Below are positions 28,661 through 38,010 of a DNA stretch of 64,000 nucleotides, piece by piece (the stretch's first letter is position 1; each line of letters begins with the position of its first letter). The stretch comes from Candidatus Scatocola faecipullorum. Its GTDB lineage: Bacteria > Pseudomonadota > Alphaproteobacteria > RF32 > CAG-239. The DNA lies in contig DVNC01000021.1 of the NCBI GenBank assembly GCA_018714685.1, positions 76,758 to 140,757 on the forward strand. Direction: 5' to 3'. Made by a program: the position numbers and the translations under genes. The notes under the pieces were generated by a model, which did not search any database, had not been told where the DNA came from, and worked only from the letters and a program-made list of their open reading frames with translations.

Positions 28661-30781
28661 ATGATCGATTTTAAAGTTGTCCGCAAGGAAATGGAATGGG
28701 GCGGACGCAAGTTGGTATTGGAAACGGGTAAGTTAGCACGCCAGGCGCAGGGCGCGGTTGTGGTTACCTATGGCGAAACAGAAGTAATTGCAACGGTATG
28801 TGCAGCAAAAGAGGCAAAGGCTGATCAGGATTTCTTTCCTTTGACTGTCAATTATCAGGAAAAATACTATGCAACGGGTAAAGTTCCCGGCGGTTTTATG
28901 AAACGCGAAGGCAAACCCAGCGAGCGCGAAGTTTTGCTTTCCCGTTTGATTGACCGTCCGATCCGTCCGCTGTTTCCCGATGCTTTCAAAAATGAAGTTC
29001 AGGTTATCTGCACGGTTTTGTCGCATGACCAAAACACCGATTCAGACATTCCGGCGATGATTGCCGCTTCTGCCGCTTTGAGCATTTCCGGCATTCCGTT
29101 TTTGGGGCCGATTGCTTCTGCCAAAGTCGGTTACAAAGACGGAAATTATATTTTGAACCCGACGGTTTCCCAGATTAAAGAGTCTGATTTGGAACTGGTT
29201 GTGGCCGGTACCAAGGAAGGCGTGCTGATGGTTGAGTCCGAGGCGCAGGAACTTTCCGAAGAGACGATGCTCGGTGCCGTTATGTTCGGTTTTGAAAACT
29301 TTCAGCCGGTTATTAAACTGATTGAAGAGTTGAAAGCCGAAGCCGGTAAAGAAGCTTGGGAAGCTCCGGTCTTTCCGCCGGAATTTGACGAGCTTTACAA
29401 AAAGCTGGCCGACGGTTATACCGCAGAGTTTGAAGCCGCTTTCAAAGAGACCGACAAGCTGAAACGCGGTGATTTGATTGCTGCCGCTTCGGAAAAATTC
29501 AAAGCGACTTTGGATCCGGAAAACGAGTTTGAACAGCGTTATGCTCAAGATGCGATTGAAAAGCTGATGCATCATGTTATGCGCGAAAGCGTTTTGACGA
29601 CCGGACACCGTATTGACGGCCGCGATACCAAAACCGTACGCCCGATTCAGTGCGAAGTTGACGTTTTGCCGATGGCACACGGTTCGGCTATTTTCACCCG
29701 CGGCGAAACCCAGGCTCTGGTGGTTACCACATTGGGAACCGGCGAAGATGCGCAGATTGTTGACGGTTTGATGGACGAGTATAAAGAAGACTTTATGCTG
29801 AACTATAACTTCCCGCCGTTTTCCGTCGGCGAGTGCGGCCGTATCGGCAGCCCGGGACGTCGTGAAATCGGTCACGGAAAATTGGCCTGGCGTGCGGTTC
29901 ATCCGATGCTGCCGAAAGACAAGGACAGTTTCCCTTATACCATTCGCGTAGTTTCGGAAATTATGGAATCGAACGGTTCGTCTTCAATGGCTACCGTTTG
30001 CGGAACGACCATGTCGTTAATGGCCGCCGGCGTACCGATGGCCAAACCGGTTGCCGGTATTGCCATGGGGCTGATTAAGGAAGATGACGGCCGGGTTGCC
30101 ATTCTGACCGATATTCTCGGTGATGAAGACCATCTGGGCGACATGGACTTTAAGGTTGCCGGTACTAGAGACGGCGTTACCGCTTTGCAGATGGATATTA
30201 AAATCACTTCCATTACCAAAGAAATTATGGAAAAGGCTTTGGCTCAGGCTCATGAAGGCCGTATCCATATTCTGGGTGAAATGGCTAAAGCAATTGAGGC
30301 GCCGCGTCCGCATGTTTCTGACAAGGCTCCGCGAATTATCGCGATTAAAATTCCGGTTGATAAAATCCGTGAAGTTATCGGTTCCGGCGGTAAGGTTATT
30401 CGTGAAATTACCGAGAAAACCAATTCCAAAATCGATATTTCCGATGACGGCATTATCCGTATTGCCACTTTGAAAAAAGAAGACGGCGATGCCGCTTTGG
30501 AATGGATTATGGGCATTGTGGCCGAACCGGAAGAAGGCAAAATCTATAAAGGTGTCATTACCAAAATTATGGATTTCGGCGCATTTGTTCGTTTCTTGGG
30601 AACGACTGAGGGTCTGGTCCACATTTCCGAAGTCAAAAATGAACGAATCGCTTCGGTTTCCGACTTCTATAAAGAAGGCGATACCATGTGGGTTAAATGC
30701 ATCGGCCAGGATAACCGGGGCAAGATTAAACTCTCGGCCAAGAGAGTTAATCAGGAAACCGGCGAAGACCTGGAGAAATAA
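28661..30781 (+). CDS. pnp: Polyribonucleotide nucleotidyltransferase (PNPase)
   Basis: Two RNase PH domains plus KH and S1. The start is at [29 protein letters not shown], with GAAAGGAAAG upstream. Confidence 0.97.
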   Translation: MIDFKVVRKEMEWGGRKLVLETGKLARQAQGAVVVTYGETEVIATVCAAKEAKADQDFFPLTVNYQEKYYATGKVPGGFMKREGKPSEREVLLSRLIDRPIRPLFPDAFKNEVQVICTVLSHDQNTDSDIPAMIAASAALSISGIPFLGPIASAKVGYKDGNYILNPTVSQIKESDLELVVAGTKEGVLMVESEAQELSEETMLGAVMFGFENFQPVIKLIEELKAEAGKEAWEAPVFPPEFDELYKKLADGYTAEFEAAFKETDKLKRGDLIAAASEKFKATLDPENEFEQRYAQDAIEKLMHHVMRESVLTTGHRIDGRDTKTVRPIQCEVDVLPMAHGSAIFTRGETQALVVTTLGTGEDAQIVDGLMDEYKEDFMLNYNFPPFSVGECGRIGSPGRREIGHGKLAWRAVHPMLPKDKDSFPYTIRVVSEIMESNGSSSMATVCGTTMSLMAAGVPMAKPVAGIAMGLIKEDDGRVAILTDILGDEDHLGDMDFKVAGTRDGVTALQMDIKITSITKEIMEKALAQAHEGRIHILGEMAKAIEAPRPHVSDKAPRIIAIKIPVDKIREVIGSGGKVIREITEKTNSKIDISDDGIIRIATLKKEDGDAALEWIMGIVAEPEEGKIYKGVITKIMDFGAFVRFLGTTEGLVHISEVKNERIASVSDFYKEGDTMWVKCIGQDNRGKIKLSAKRVNQETGEDLEK

Positions 30782-30803
30782 CCGGCTGCTAACGAAAATA
30801 AAA

Positions 30804-30831
30804 AAGGTTTGGATTTCCAAACCTTTTTTTT
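30804..30831 (+). terminator. Rho-independent terminator after pnp
   Basis: aaggtttgg-attt-ccaaacctt followed by a T-run. Confidence 0.85.
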
Positions 30832-30898
30832 ATTTGACGTCAGAAAGGTCCGGGATTATAAAAAGAGTAAATTTTAATTACTGTTTAAATTTATTTTT

Positions 30899-31423
30899 AT
30901 GAAAGATTATTGGTTATGGATTGGAGGAACAATGATTTTCCTCAATTTTGCGAACTTTTTGTATGCCGAATTCCGAATTTCGGTGATGAGTATTGCCAAA
31001 CAGCGTCTTTGGGCGTTTTATGTGATGCTGACGCTGATGTTTGAAGCCTTTATCGGAGTGCTGTCGGTTTTTGAATTATTGTCGGAACGGCCCGATAAAT
31101 ATCTCTGGCTGATTACAGGCGGGGCAAGCGTTGTTTTTTCGTGCTTTTCGATAATCGTTTTGCGTCAGCAGTTTGTCAGGGCCCTGGAAGGCGGCGTTTA
31201 TACATTTAAAATTACGGACAAGAGCTATCGTCCGACCCGGCTGTTTGGCGAATTTGACACGGCGGTCAGCCGCAGACCGCTGTCGGCGGAGTTGGATGTG
31301 AAAAACAAAGACCGTTACAAAATCGGAGATACGTTGTCGGTGGCGGTCAGTTATTGTTCTTATGATCCGTTCGATTTTTTCGGCCTGACGGAAAGTACGA
31401 TAATCGTCGTTCCTTACGGCTGA
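30899..31423 (+). CDS. Hypothetical membrane protein (3 TM plus small C-terminal domain)
   Basis: 174-aa ORF with hydrophobic N-terminal helices, an AT-rich upstream region and its own terminator. I recognise no family. Confidence 0.5.
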   Translation: MKDYWLWIGGTMIFLNFANFLYAEFRISVMSIAKQRLWAFYVMLTLMFEAFIGVLSVFELLSERPDKYLWLITGGASVVFSCFSIIVLRQQFVRALEGGVYTFKITDKSYRPTRLFGEFDTAVSRRPLSAELDVKNKDRYKIGDTLSVAVSYCSYDPFDFFGLTESTIIVVPYG

Positions 31424-31430
31424 CATTTTG

Positions 31431-31470
31431 CAAAAACCTCCCCGTCTGCGGCGGAGGTTTTTGCTTGTTT
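31431..31470 (+). terminator. Rho-independent terminator
   Basis: caaaaacctcc...ggaggtttttg stem followed by cttgttt. Confidence 0.65.
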
Positions 31471-31551
31471 AATTGACAATGCGTTTCTAATGTTTATAAT
31501 AACGGCAAAATCATTTATTTTCTGAATTATTAATCTTAAAAACTATAAACT

Positions 31552-32064
31552 ATGAAACTTGTTGTTTTAATGTATGTCTTGCTGGCTTTTTTTATGGTGA
31601 GATATGCGAACAAGCTTTGGGCCTTTAAAGCAATGTCCCGCCTGCAGGATATTCAGATGCAGATTATGCTATTCGGATTGTGGGTTGTTGTTATGCTCTA
31701 TTCGCAGCAGTTGTCGGCTTGGCCGGGGTTGTTCTGTTTTGCCGCGGCGGCAGTCTATAAATTCTGGATAGATATCCGTTTGTGGCGGCGGGCAAAAAGC
31801 GGGCTCCGTTATCCTTGTCTTTTGCTGCAGAAAGGCGACGGTATTGTCAGAGGGATGATGGTGACACATGTCAGCAACATTCCGGTTATTGCGGTGCAGA
31901 TGCTGAGCCATTATCCGCAGGAAGGCGAATATTACTGGTGCCGGGTTGTTCGGTATTCGTTTTGGTCCGCCCGGGTGGAAGTAGAGCTTTTGGAAAAAAT
32001 GGACTGGGGAGAAAAGGAAAAGTTTCTGGTCAGCCGAAAGCTGAGAAATCTGGGGCTGGCTTAG
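31552..32064 (+). CDS. Hypothetical membrane protein (3 TM plus small C-terminal domain)
   Basis: 170-aa ORF with the same architecture as the preceding orphan. I recognise no family. Confidence 0.5.
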   Translation: MKLVVLMYVLLAFFMVRYANKLWAFKAMSRLQDIQMQIMLFGLWVVVMLYSQQLSAWPGLFCFAAAAVYKFWIDIRLWRRAKSGLRYPCLLLQKGDGIVRGMMVTHVSNIPVIAVQMLSHYPQEGEYYWCRVVRYSFWSARVEVELLEKMDWGEKEKFLVSRKLRNLGLA

Positions 32065-32090
32065 TTTGTTAATCTTCAAAAAACATAGTT

Positions 32091-32393
32091 ATGGAAATGA
32101 TTATTATGCTTGCGGTTATTGCCGCATTGATTGCTTTGGTGTATTGGAAAAATGTTAAAAACGACGTTTCCGTTTCTGCCGGGCAAAGACCCGAAGAGCA
32201 GGAAGTTACGGCCAAACTGGATTATTTTTCCGAAGCGACCGGCTGGCATGCCACGTTTTATAACGGCAGCGTTTTGTGCCACGGCGTTTTTGTTAATTTG
32301 AGTGAAGGACAAGGCCGCTCCGGCGTGTCGCTTCCTGCGGTCGTCGTGGGGAAGCCGGAAGGAGATCGGGAGTTTTATTCTTTGCGCGCCTGA
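32091..32393 (+). CDS. Hypothetical single-pass membrane protein
   Basis: 100-aa ORF starting 26 nt after the previous gene. N-terminal TM helix MEMIIMLAVIAALIALVYW. A terminator follows immediately. Confidence 0.4.
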   Translation: MEMIIMLAVIAALIALVYWKNVKNDVSVSAGQRPEEQEVTAKLDYFSEATGWHATFYNGSVLCHGVFVNLSEGQGRSGVSLPAVVVGKPEGDREFYSLRA

Positions 32394-32394
32394 A

Positions 32395-32427
32395 AAGAGG
32401 GGAGGTTTTCTCCCCTCTTCGGTTTTT
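32395..32427 (+). terminator. Rho-independent terminator
   Basis: Perfect 10-bp stem aagaggggag / ctcccctctt followed by cggttttt. Confidence 0.8.
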
Positions 32428-32437
32428 AAAAAAGCGC

Positions 32438-32466
32438 TTGAAATATCTGAAATAAAGTTGTAAAAG
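32438..32466 (+). promoter_or_regulatory. Candidate promoter of rplY-pth
   Basis: TTGAAA-N17-TAAAAG. Confidence 0.35.
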
Positions 32467-32474
32467 CATTCTTA

Positions 32475-32503
32475 CCTGTGCAACACCCCTGGAGGTGCAC
32501 AGG
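32475..32503 (+). promoter_or_regulatory. Leader hairpin upstream of rplY
   Basis: Perfect 8-bp stem cctgtgca...tgcacagg followed by gatttgttt, lying between the candidate promoter and the rplY RBS. Confidence 0.35.
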
Positions 32504-32534
32504 GATTTGTTTAATTTATTTAAGGAATACAAAG

Positions 32535-32825
32535 ATGGCAGATATTACTTTTGACGCAAAACTGCGTGAAAAAGCAGGTAAGGGGGCAGCTCGTGCATGT
32601 CGTCGTGAAGGCCGCGTTCCCGCGGTTATTTATGGCGGTAACAAAGAAGCCCTGATGATCAGCTTGGATCCGGTTCAGCTGGAAAAAGCTTTGGACATGG
32701 TCGGTTTCTATGACGCCGATATCGAAATCAATGTTGACGGCAAAAAACATAAGGTTGTTTGCCAGGATGTTCAGTTTCATCCGGTAAGCGATATGCCGTT
32801 GCACGTCGATTTCCTCAGAAAATAG
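32535..32825 (+). CDS. rplY: 50S ribosomal protein L25 (short form, no Ctc C-terminal domain)
   Basis: REKAGKGAARACRREGRVPAVIYGGNKE...VQFHPVSDMPLHVDF is the L25 fold. 96 aa. AAGGAA RBS. pth lies downstream as usual. Confidence 0.85.
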   Translation: MADITFDAKLREKAGKGAARACRREGRVPAVIYGGNKEALMISLDPVQLEKALDMVGFYDADIEINVDGKKHKVVCQDVQFHPVSDMPLHVDFLRK

Positions 32826-32933
32826 TTTTATAGACTATCTAAGGCGATTTTACGCGGACTCAAAATTTACGTACTTCTTGTGCGCTGAAATTTTTCTTGC
32901 CGTTAGAAATCGCCTTATTTATGTCTCTAAAAC
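32825..32933. repeat. GTAC-centred palindromic element, copy E (after rplY)
   Basis: Outer inverted repeat gttttatagac / gtctctaaaac. Perfect inner inverted repeat taaggcgattt (32840) / aaatcgcctta (32907). Centre acGTACttcttGTGCGc. Begins at the last base of the rplY TAG. Confidence 0.7.
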
Positions 32934-32957
32934 CGTTTTTTCAAATAGGGAGAGAAA

Positions 32958-33545
32958 ATGTTTTTAATTGTCGGTTTGGGTAATCCCGGGGCAGAATATG
33001 CCAAGACCCGTCATAATGTCGGTTTTATGGTGGCGGACGCCATTCATGACAAGTATGGTTTTGCGCCTTATAAGGCAAAGTTTGACGGTTTGATCAGCGA
33101 GGGAAAAATTGACGGTGAGAAAGTTTATTTGCTTAAACCGCAGACTTATATGAACCTTTCCGGCAATTCGGTGGTCAAAGCGGCTGCCTTTTATAAAATT
33201 CTGCCGCAGAATATTGTCGTTATCCATGATGACATGGATTTGAAAATTACTCAGATAAAGGCCAAGCTCGGCGGCGGTGCCGGCGGGCATAACGGTTTGA
33301 AAAGCATTGATGCGGCGATTGGTCCGAATTATAACCGTGTTCGTCTGGGCATCGGTCATCCGGATAACGGTTTGCCGCCGTCTGCGGTGGTTAATCATGT
33401 TTTGGCGGGTTTTTCAAAAGCCGATCAGGCGGTTTTGGAGCATAATATTTTATTGGTAACCGAGAATATCGGCCTGCTTTTGAAGGACGGTGTCGCCGCC
33501 TTTTCAAATCGAATCGGAAATCTGAATAAATCTACCCTGAAATAG
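32958..33545 (+). CDS. pth: Peptidyl-tRNA hydrolase
   Basis: MFLIVGLGNPGAEYAKTRHNVGF...HNGLKSI is the Pth signature. Confidence 0.95.
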   Translation: MFLIVGLGNPGAEYAKTRHNVGFMVADAIHDKYGFAPYKAKFDGLISEGKIDGEKVYLLKPQTYMNLSGNSVVKAAAFYKILPQNIVVIHDDMDLKITQIKAKLGGGAGGHNGLKSIDAAIGPNYNRVRLGIGHPDNGLPPSAVVNHVLAGFSKADQAVLEHNILLVTENIGLLLKDGVAAFSNRIGNLNKSTLK

Positions 33546-33611
33546 TTGACTTTTCTCCTGCCAGCTAATAGCCTGAACAGGCAATTTTGCAATTAAACAG
33601 GGAGAATAATC

Positions 33612-34616
33612 ATGGAAAAACAGCCGAAAGTATCGGTTATTATTCCGGTTTATAATGTTGAACAATATCTTTCCCGATGTTTGGACAGCGTTATCAGCCA
33701 GAATTTTAACGATATGGAAATTATTTGTATCAATGACGGTTCGAAAGATGCTTCTCTGCGAATTCTGGAAGAATATGCCGGCAAAGACAGCCGGATTGTT
33801 ATTATAGACAAGAAAAATGCAGGAGTTTCGGCCGCCCGGAATGACGGAATTGCCGCCGCAAAAGGTGAATATCTCGCGTTTTTGGACGGGGATGACTTTT
33901 GGGAGGCGGATTGTCTGGCAAAGATTTATCAGGAAGCCAAGCATAATCATTCCGATATCGTGATTTTTGCGCATAATCTATGGGAAAATGATCAAAAGAT
34001 TATCTGGGATAATCCCTTGCTTGAAGGTATTTGCGGGGAAATGGATTTAAATGACGAAGCTGCCATTTATGCTTTTTCTGCGGTTATCTGGAATAAACTG
34101 TATCGCAGGGATTTTATTCTGGCTAATGACATTGTTTTTCCCGTCGGGATTAAAATTGCCGAAGATACGATTTTCAGTATGGTTTGTTATTTTAGCAAAC
34201 CTGTCTGCCGGTATATTCCCGAGCATTTCTATAATTACCGGATGAATCGGAAAGATTCTGCAACAGCTGATTTGGGCTGTGTTCAAGGAGAAGTTGTTGC
34301 TTTTAAATATTTGGAGAAAATGCCGATTTATCAGTGTCAGCCTCAGACGGTTAAGTTGAAAATTGTTCATAAGTTTCTGAGCGGTTTGGAAGGGCATCTT
34401 AATCGTTTTGCTCTATGGGGCAATGAAGAATATATGAAAATCAGAGATGATTTTGTTGCTTATCTGAAAAAAGCTTATGGTTCTTCGGTTATAGAGAAAA
34501 TGACGCATTTTAAGAAGCTGAAACCGGCAGAGAAAATTTTCAGCGTCAAAAATTCTCACTGCAAGAAGTTTAAAATTATTCGTTTTCTGGGGCTGACGTT
34601 TAAAATAAAAAGATAG
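33612..34616 (+). CDS. Glycosyltransferase family 2
   Basis: VSVIIPVYNVEQYLSRCLDSVISQNFNDMEIICINDGSKD...FLDGDD is the GT-A/GT2 N-terminal domain with a DxD motif. Confidence 0.85.
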   Translation: MEKQPKVSVIIPVYNVEQYLSRCLDSVISQNFNDMEIICINDGSKDASLRILEEYAGKDSRIVIIDKKNAGVSAARNDGIAAAKGEYLAFLDGDDFWEADCLAKIYQEAKHNHSDIVIFAHNLWENDQKIIWDNPLLEGICGEMDLNDEAAIYAFSAVIWNKLYRRDFILANDIVFPVGIKIAEDTIFSMVCYFSKPVCRYIPEHFYNYRMNRKDSATADLGCVQGEVVAFKYLEKMPIYQCQPQTVKLKIVHKFLSGLEGHLNRFALWGNEEYMKIRDDFVAYLKKAYGSSVIEKMTHFKKLKPAEKIFSVKNSHCKKFKIIRFLGLTFKIKR

Positions 34617-34758
34617 CTCCGGCAGTTTTGCGGCGTTTGGCGCGGCAGGCGATTTATGCGGTTTCGGACAAAATAAACCGAAACAACAATAAAAGGTTTT
34701 AATTTAAAATAATTTAGTTATTATCTCCTCTACAGAGTCTTGTTCCGAGGAGATGATT

Positions 34759-35829
34759 ATGTCCCAGCCCTTAGTTTCAGTTATCATTCCCATTTACAAA
34801 GTTGAAGAGTTTCTGCCGGATTGTTTGGAATCGGTCATTCATCAGACATACAGCGATTTGGAAATTATCTGTGTCAATGACGGTTCGCCGGACCGTTGTG
34901 AAGACATTCTTAAAGATTATGCCATGCTTGACCGCCGGATTAAAGTGATTAACAAAGTCAACGGCGGTTTGTCTTCGGCGCGGAATGCCGCTTTGCCGGT
35001 TGCTCAGGGGGAATATGTCTTTTTTCTTGATTCCGACGATTGGCTGAGTTTGGATTGTATTGAAAATTTGGTTAAGGATATGTTGCGGAGCAAGGCCGAC
35101 ATTGCTTGTGTTCATGATATTTTGTCTTATTATCAGCCGAAGCGAATCGATCGGCAGCGGATGCTTTCCGGGCATGAGTCCGGCACTTTTGAAATTACCA
35201 ACGAAATACTTAAACAATTGTGGGTGGTGGCCTGGGGAAAGCTTTACCGCCGCCAGACGCTGCTTGATCTGGGGATGAAGTTTCCCGAGGGATATATTTA
35301 TGAGGATGAGTATTTTCACCATGTGTTGCTGCCGCACTTGAAAAAAATCGTCATCAGTGACGGCGGTGCCTATTATTACCGCCAGCGGGACAATTCGATT
35401 ATGAGCAGCCGAAAACTGCGCAGCGGCAAAGATAATTTGGTTATTTTCCAGCGCATTTTTGACTATTATAAAGAGCAGCACTGGTTGGGTAAATTTGATT
35501 TGCCGGGGCGTATTTTGGTGACGGGATTTACCAATAACGAAAATCCGGCAGCTTATTATGAGCAGGTTAAAGCTTTGCTGCATAAGCTCGGCGTTTCTTA
35601 TGACGATATGGCCAGGAACGAACTGTTGAAAGGGTTGATGGAAAGCGCCGATTATAAGAGCTATTGCCGCTGCGAAACCTGTTGCAAGGTTAAAAAAGCG
35701 GTCAAAGGGATGCGCAAGTCTCTGTTGCGTTTGAAAATCGGACGCAAAACACATATTGCGCTGTTGGGGCTGACGCTGTTTCACAAAGCCAAAGGCGAAA
35801 GAACGGTTTTGTTCGGGTTTAAGCTGTAG
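34759..35829 (+). CDS. Glycosyltransferase family 2
   Basis: VSVIIPIYKVEEFLPDCLESVIHQTYSDLEIICVNDGSPD...FLDSDD. GAGGAG lies 6 nt before the ATG at 34759. Confidence 0.85.
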   Translation: MSQPLVSVIIPIYKVEEFLPDCLESVIHQTYSDLEIICVNDGSPDRCEDILKDYAMLDRRIKVINKVNGGLSSARNAALPVAQGEYVFFLDSDDWLSLDCIENLVKDMLRSKADIACVHDILSYYQPKRIDRQRMLSGHESGTFEITNEILKQLWVVAWGKLYRRQTLLDLGMKFPEGYIYEDEYFHHVLLPHLKKIVISDGGAYYYRQRDNSIMSSRKLRSGKDNLVIFQRIFDYYKEQHWLGKFDLPGRILVTGFTNNENPAAYYEQVKALLHKLGVSYDDMARNELLKGLMESADYKSYCRCETCCKVKKAVKGMRKSLLRLKIGRKTHIALLGLTLFHKAKGERTVLFGFKL

Positions 35830-35912
35830 AGTGCCAGAATAGGCTTGAAATCTCTGACTCTATCAGGTATAAGACTCCTTAATTTGAGATTGAAAATTAA
35901 GGAGTTTTTATT

Positions 35913-37022
35913 ATGGGTTTTAATTGCGGAATCGTCGGTTTGCCGAATGTGGGAAAATCAACTTTGTTTAATGCCCTGACGCAGACCATTGCAGCGCAGG
36001 CGGCCAATTTTCCCTTTTGTACGATTGAGCCGAACACCGGACGGGTGGCCGTTCCCGATGCCCGGCTGGATAAACTGGCCGAGATTGTCAAACCGCGGAT
36101 GGTGACTCCGACACAGCTGGAATTTGTCGATATTGCCGGTTTGGTAAAGGGAGCCTCCAAAGGCGAGGGACTGGGTAATCAGTTTCTGGCCAATATCCGC
36201 GAGGTTGATGCGATTATTCACGTTTTACGCTGTTTTGAGAATGATAATATTACCCATGTCGAAGGGTCGGTTGACCCTATCCGCGATGCGGAAATCGTTG
36301 AAACCGAATTGATGATTGCCGATTTGGAATCACTGGAAAAGCGTTATGACCAGGTACAGAAAAAAGCCAAAACCGGCGAGAAGGAATATGTGGTGCGTGA
36401 GGCGGTCATGCGTCCGGTTATTGAGGCACTGAAGGCCGGAAAACCGGCTCGTACCGCTGCGCCGGCGCCAACGGAAAAAGATGCCTGCAAAGAATATAAA
36501 ATGCTGCAGCTGCTGACGGCCAAGCCGGTTTTGTATGTTTGCAACGTTGATGAAGATTCCGCCGCTACGGGCAATAAATTTTCAGATATGGTTATGACCA
36601 AAGCTGCTGCCGAAGGGGCGGGTGCGGTTATCATTTCCGCCGAAATCGAATCGGAAGTGGCGCAGCTGGAATCGGAAGAAGAGAAGAAGGAATTTCTTGC
36701 CTCTCTGGGGCTGGAAGAAACCGGTCTGGCAAAAATCATCCGGGCAGGTTACAAACTTTTGGGGCTGGAAACCTATTTTACCGCCGGGCCGAAAGAAGTG
36801 CGTGCCTGGACATTTCTGAAAGGTTCAAAAGCGCCGGTTTGTGCCGGTATCATTCACTCCGATTTTGAACGCGGTTTTATTCGTGCGGAAACGATTTCAT
36901 ACGATGACTTTGTCAAATACGGTTCCGAACAGGCCTGTAAAGATGCCGGTAAAATGCGTTCGGAAGGCAAAGATTATGTTGTAAAAGACGGGGATATGAT
37001 GAATTTCCTCTTCAATGTTTGA
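35913..37022 (+). CDS. ychF: Redox-regulated ATPase YchF
   Basis: [19 protein letters not shown]...[10 protein letters not shown] and the C-terminal TGS-like domain ending MNFLFNV. Confidence 0.97.
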   Translation: MGFNCGIVGLPNVGKSTLFNALTQTIAAQAANFPFCTIEPNTGRVAVPDARLDKLAEIVKPRMVTPTQLEFVDIAGLVKGASKGEGLGNQFLANIREVDAIIHVLRCFENDNITHVEGSVDPIRDAEIVETELMIADLESLEKRYDQVQKKAKTGEKEYVVREAVMRPVIEALKAGKPARTAAPAPTEKDACKEYKMLQLLTAKPVLYVCNVDEDSAATGNKFSDMVMTKAAAEGAGAVIISAEIESEVAQLESEEEKKEFLASLGLEETGLAKIIRAGYKLLGLETYFTAGPKEVRAWTFLKGSKAPVCAGIIHSDFERGFIRAETISYDDFVKYGSEQACKDAGKMRSEGKDYVVKDGDMMNFLFNV

Positions 37023-37028
37023 TTTTGC

Positions 37029-37237
37029 TAAAGGCTTGTCATGCTTGTAATTTTTTCACTCGTGTAGCTGGATGTACACGTCGTTCAAAAGTTACTTCGC
37101 AGCACAAGCCTTTATCAAAATCAACGTTTAAAAGCTTGCCATACTTGTAATTTTTATTCGTGTAGCTGGATGTACACGTTGTTCAGAAGTTACTTCGCAG
37201 CATAAGCCTTTATTGAAATCAACGTTTAAAAGTTTGT
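37029..37237. repeat. Tandem duplication (about 2.1 copies of a 98-100 nt unit) of an F-type palindromic element
   Basis: Units start at 37029, 37129 and (partial) 37227. Each has arms aaggcttgt / acaagcctt (copy 2: ataagcctt) and centre gtgtagctggatGTACAcg. Confidence 0.85.
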
Positions 37238-37296
37238 TCTGTCGGTGATTGGAACAATTTTACGAAATGCCGGAAAAAATTTTTTTGGACAAAAAT

Positions 37297-37325
37297 TTGA
37301 CTCTTGTCGTAAGTTGTGTTATTTT
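37297..37325 (+). promoter_or_regulatory. Candidate promoter of the orphan gene at 37369
   Basis: TTGACT-N17-TATTTT. Confidence 0.3.
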
Positions 37326-37368
37326 AGCGGTCAAGATTAAATTATTATAAACCCAAATACCTAAGATT

Positions 37369-37890
37369 ATGTGCAAGAGAATAGAGGAACTGGTTGCGGA
37401 TCAGTTCAGAAACTTTACTGGTGTTGTTGTTAAAGATGAAAATCAACTGTTGAATCTGGAGGTTTTTCCGCAAAAGCGCGAACCGTTTAAGCAGTTGCTA
37501 CGCAATGTGCTTCCCGATTTGCGGCTGAGATCATCTTACGGTTTGGTTACCGTCGCCGATTTTGCCGGTTATGTGGAGAAAGAGGAAGACAAGCGTACGG
37601 CTTTCTTTCAGAAAGGCTTGGAAATTGCCCGACAGATGACCGGAAACAATGCTTTGACCCTTGAGGACGACTTATATGCCGAGTTGCGTCCTCGGGAGGA
37701 ACATCACGGAACCAATGCCTATCTTTCCGAGCAATGCCGTTATTTTGTGCAGGCCAATAAGGTTTACACGGCATGGGCTAACGGTTTGAAGGGCAGGCAC
37801 TGGGCTTATTATCCGCCGGTTTCTGCATTGGAAAAGTGTCGGAAGCTGCGGGATATGATTGATTTATATTATCGCCGCGGCAAGTTCTGA
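37369..37890 (+). CDS. Hypothetical protein
   Basis: 173-aa ORF with no recognisable motif, flanked by a candidate promoter and a hairpin/T-run. Confidence 0.5.
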   Translation: MCKRIEELVADQFRNFTGVVVKDENQLLNLEVFPQKREPFKQLLRNVLPDLRLRSSYGLVTVADFAGYVEKEEDKRTAFFQKGLEIARQMTGNNALTLEDDLYAELRPREEHHGTNAYLSEQCRYFVQANKVYTAWANGLKGRHWAYYPPVSALEKCRKLRDMIDLYYRRGKF

Positions 37891-37907
37891 TACGGCCGGG
37901 CTTATTG

Positions 37908-37941
37908 AGGGAGCATCTTTAACGGTGCTCCTTTTGCTGTT
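37908..37941 (+). terminator. Possible rho-independent terminator
   Basis: ggagca-N10-tgctcc followed by ttttgctgtttt. Confidence 0.45.
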
Positions 37942-38010
37942 TTAAAAGCTTGCGCTGAAGATGATTTGGAGCTATGGAGAAAGAAAACCATTCTGGAGAG
38001 GAGATTTAAA

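Noticed and set aside
34777-35784. 335-aa ORF antisense to the second GT2 gene. Similar long antisense ORFs occur at 2704-3468, 8288-8992, 16652-17332, 22616-23458, 29042-29902, 30017-30820, 46518-47273, 48370-49155, 50093-50974, 54245-55090, 60788-61468 and 62816-63487.
   Set aside because: Each is fully contained opposite a CDS with clear family signatures. None has a start context or a recognisable domain. They are treated as non-coding shadows.
37029-37237. Possible CRISPR array, because of direct repeats.
   Set aside because: There are only about two contiguous units of roughly 100 nt with no unique spacers between them, and no cas genes in the window. The dispersed copies are irregularly spaced at gene ends. 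This is not CRISPR.
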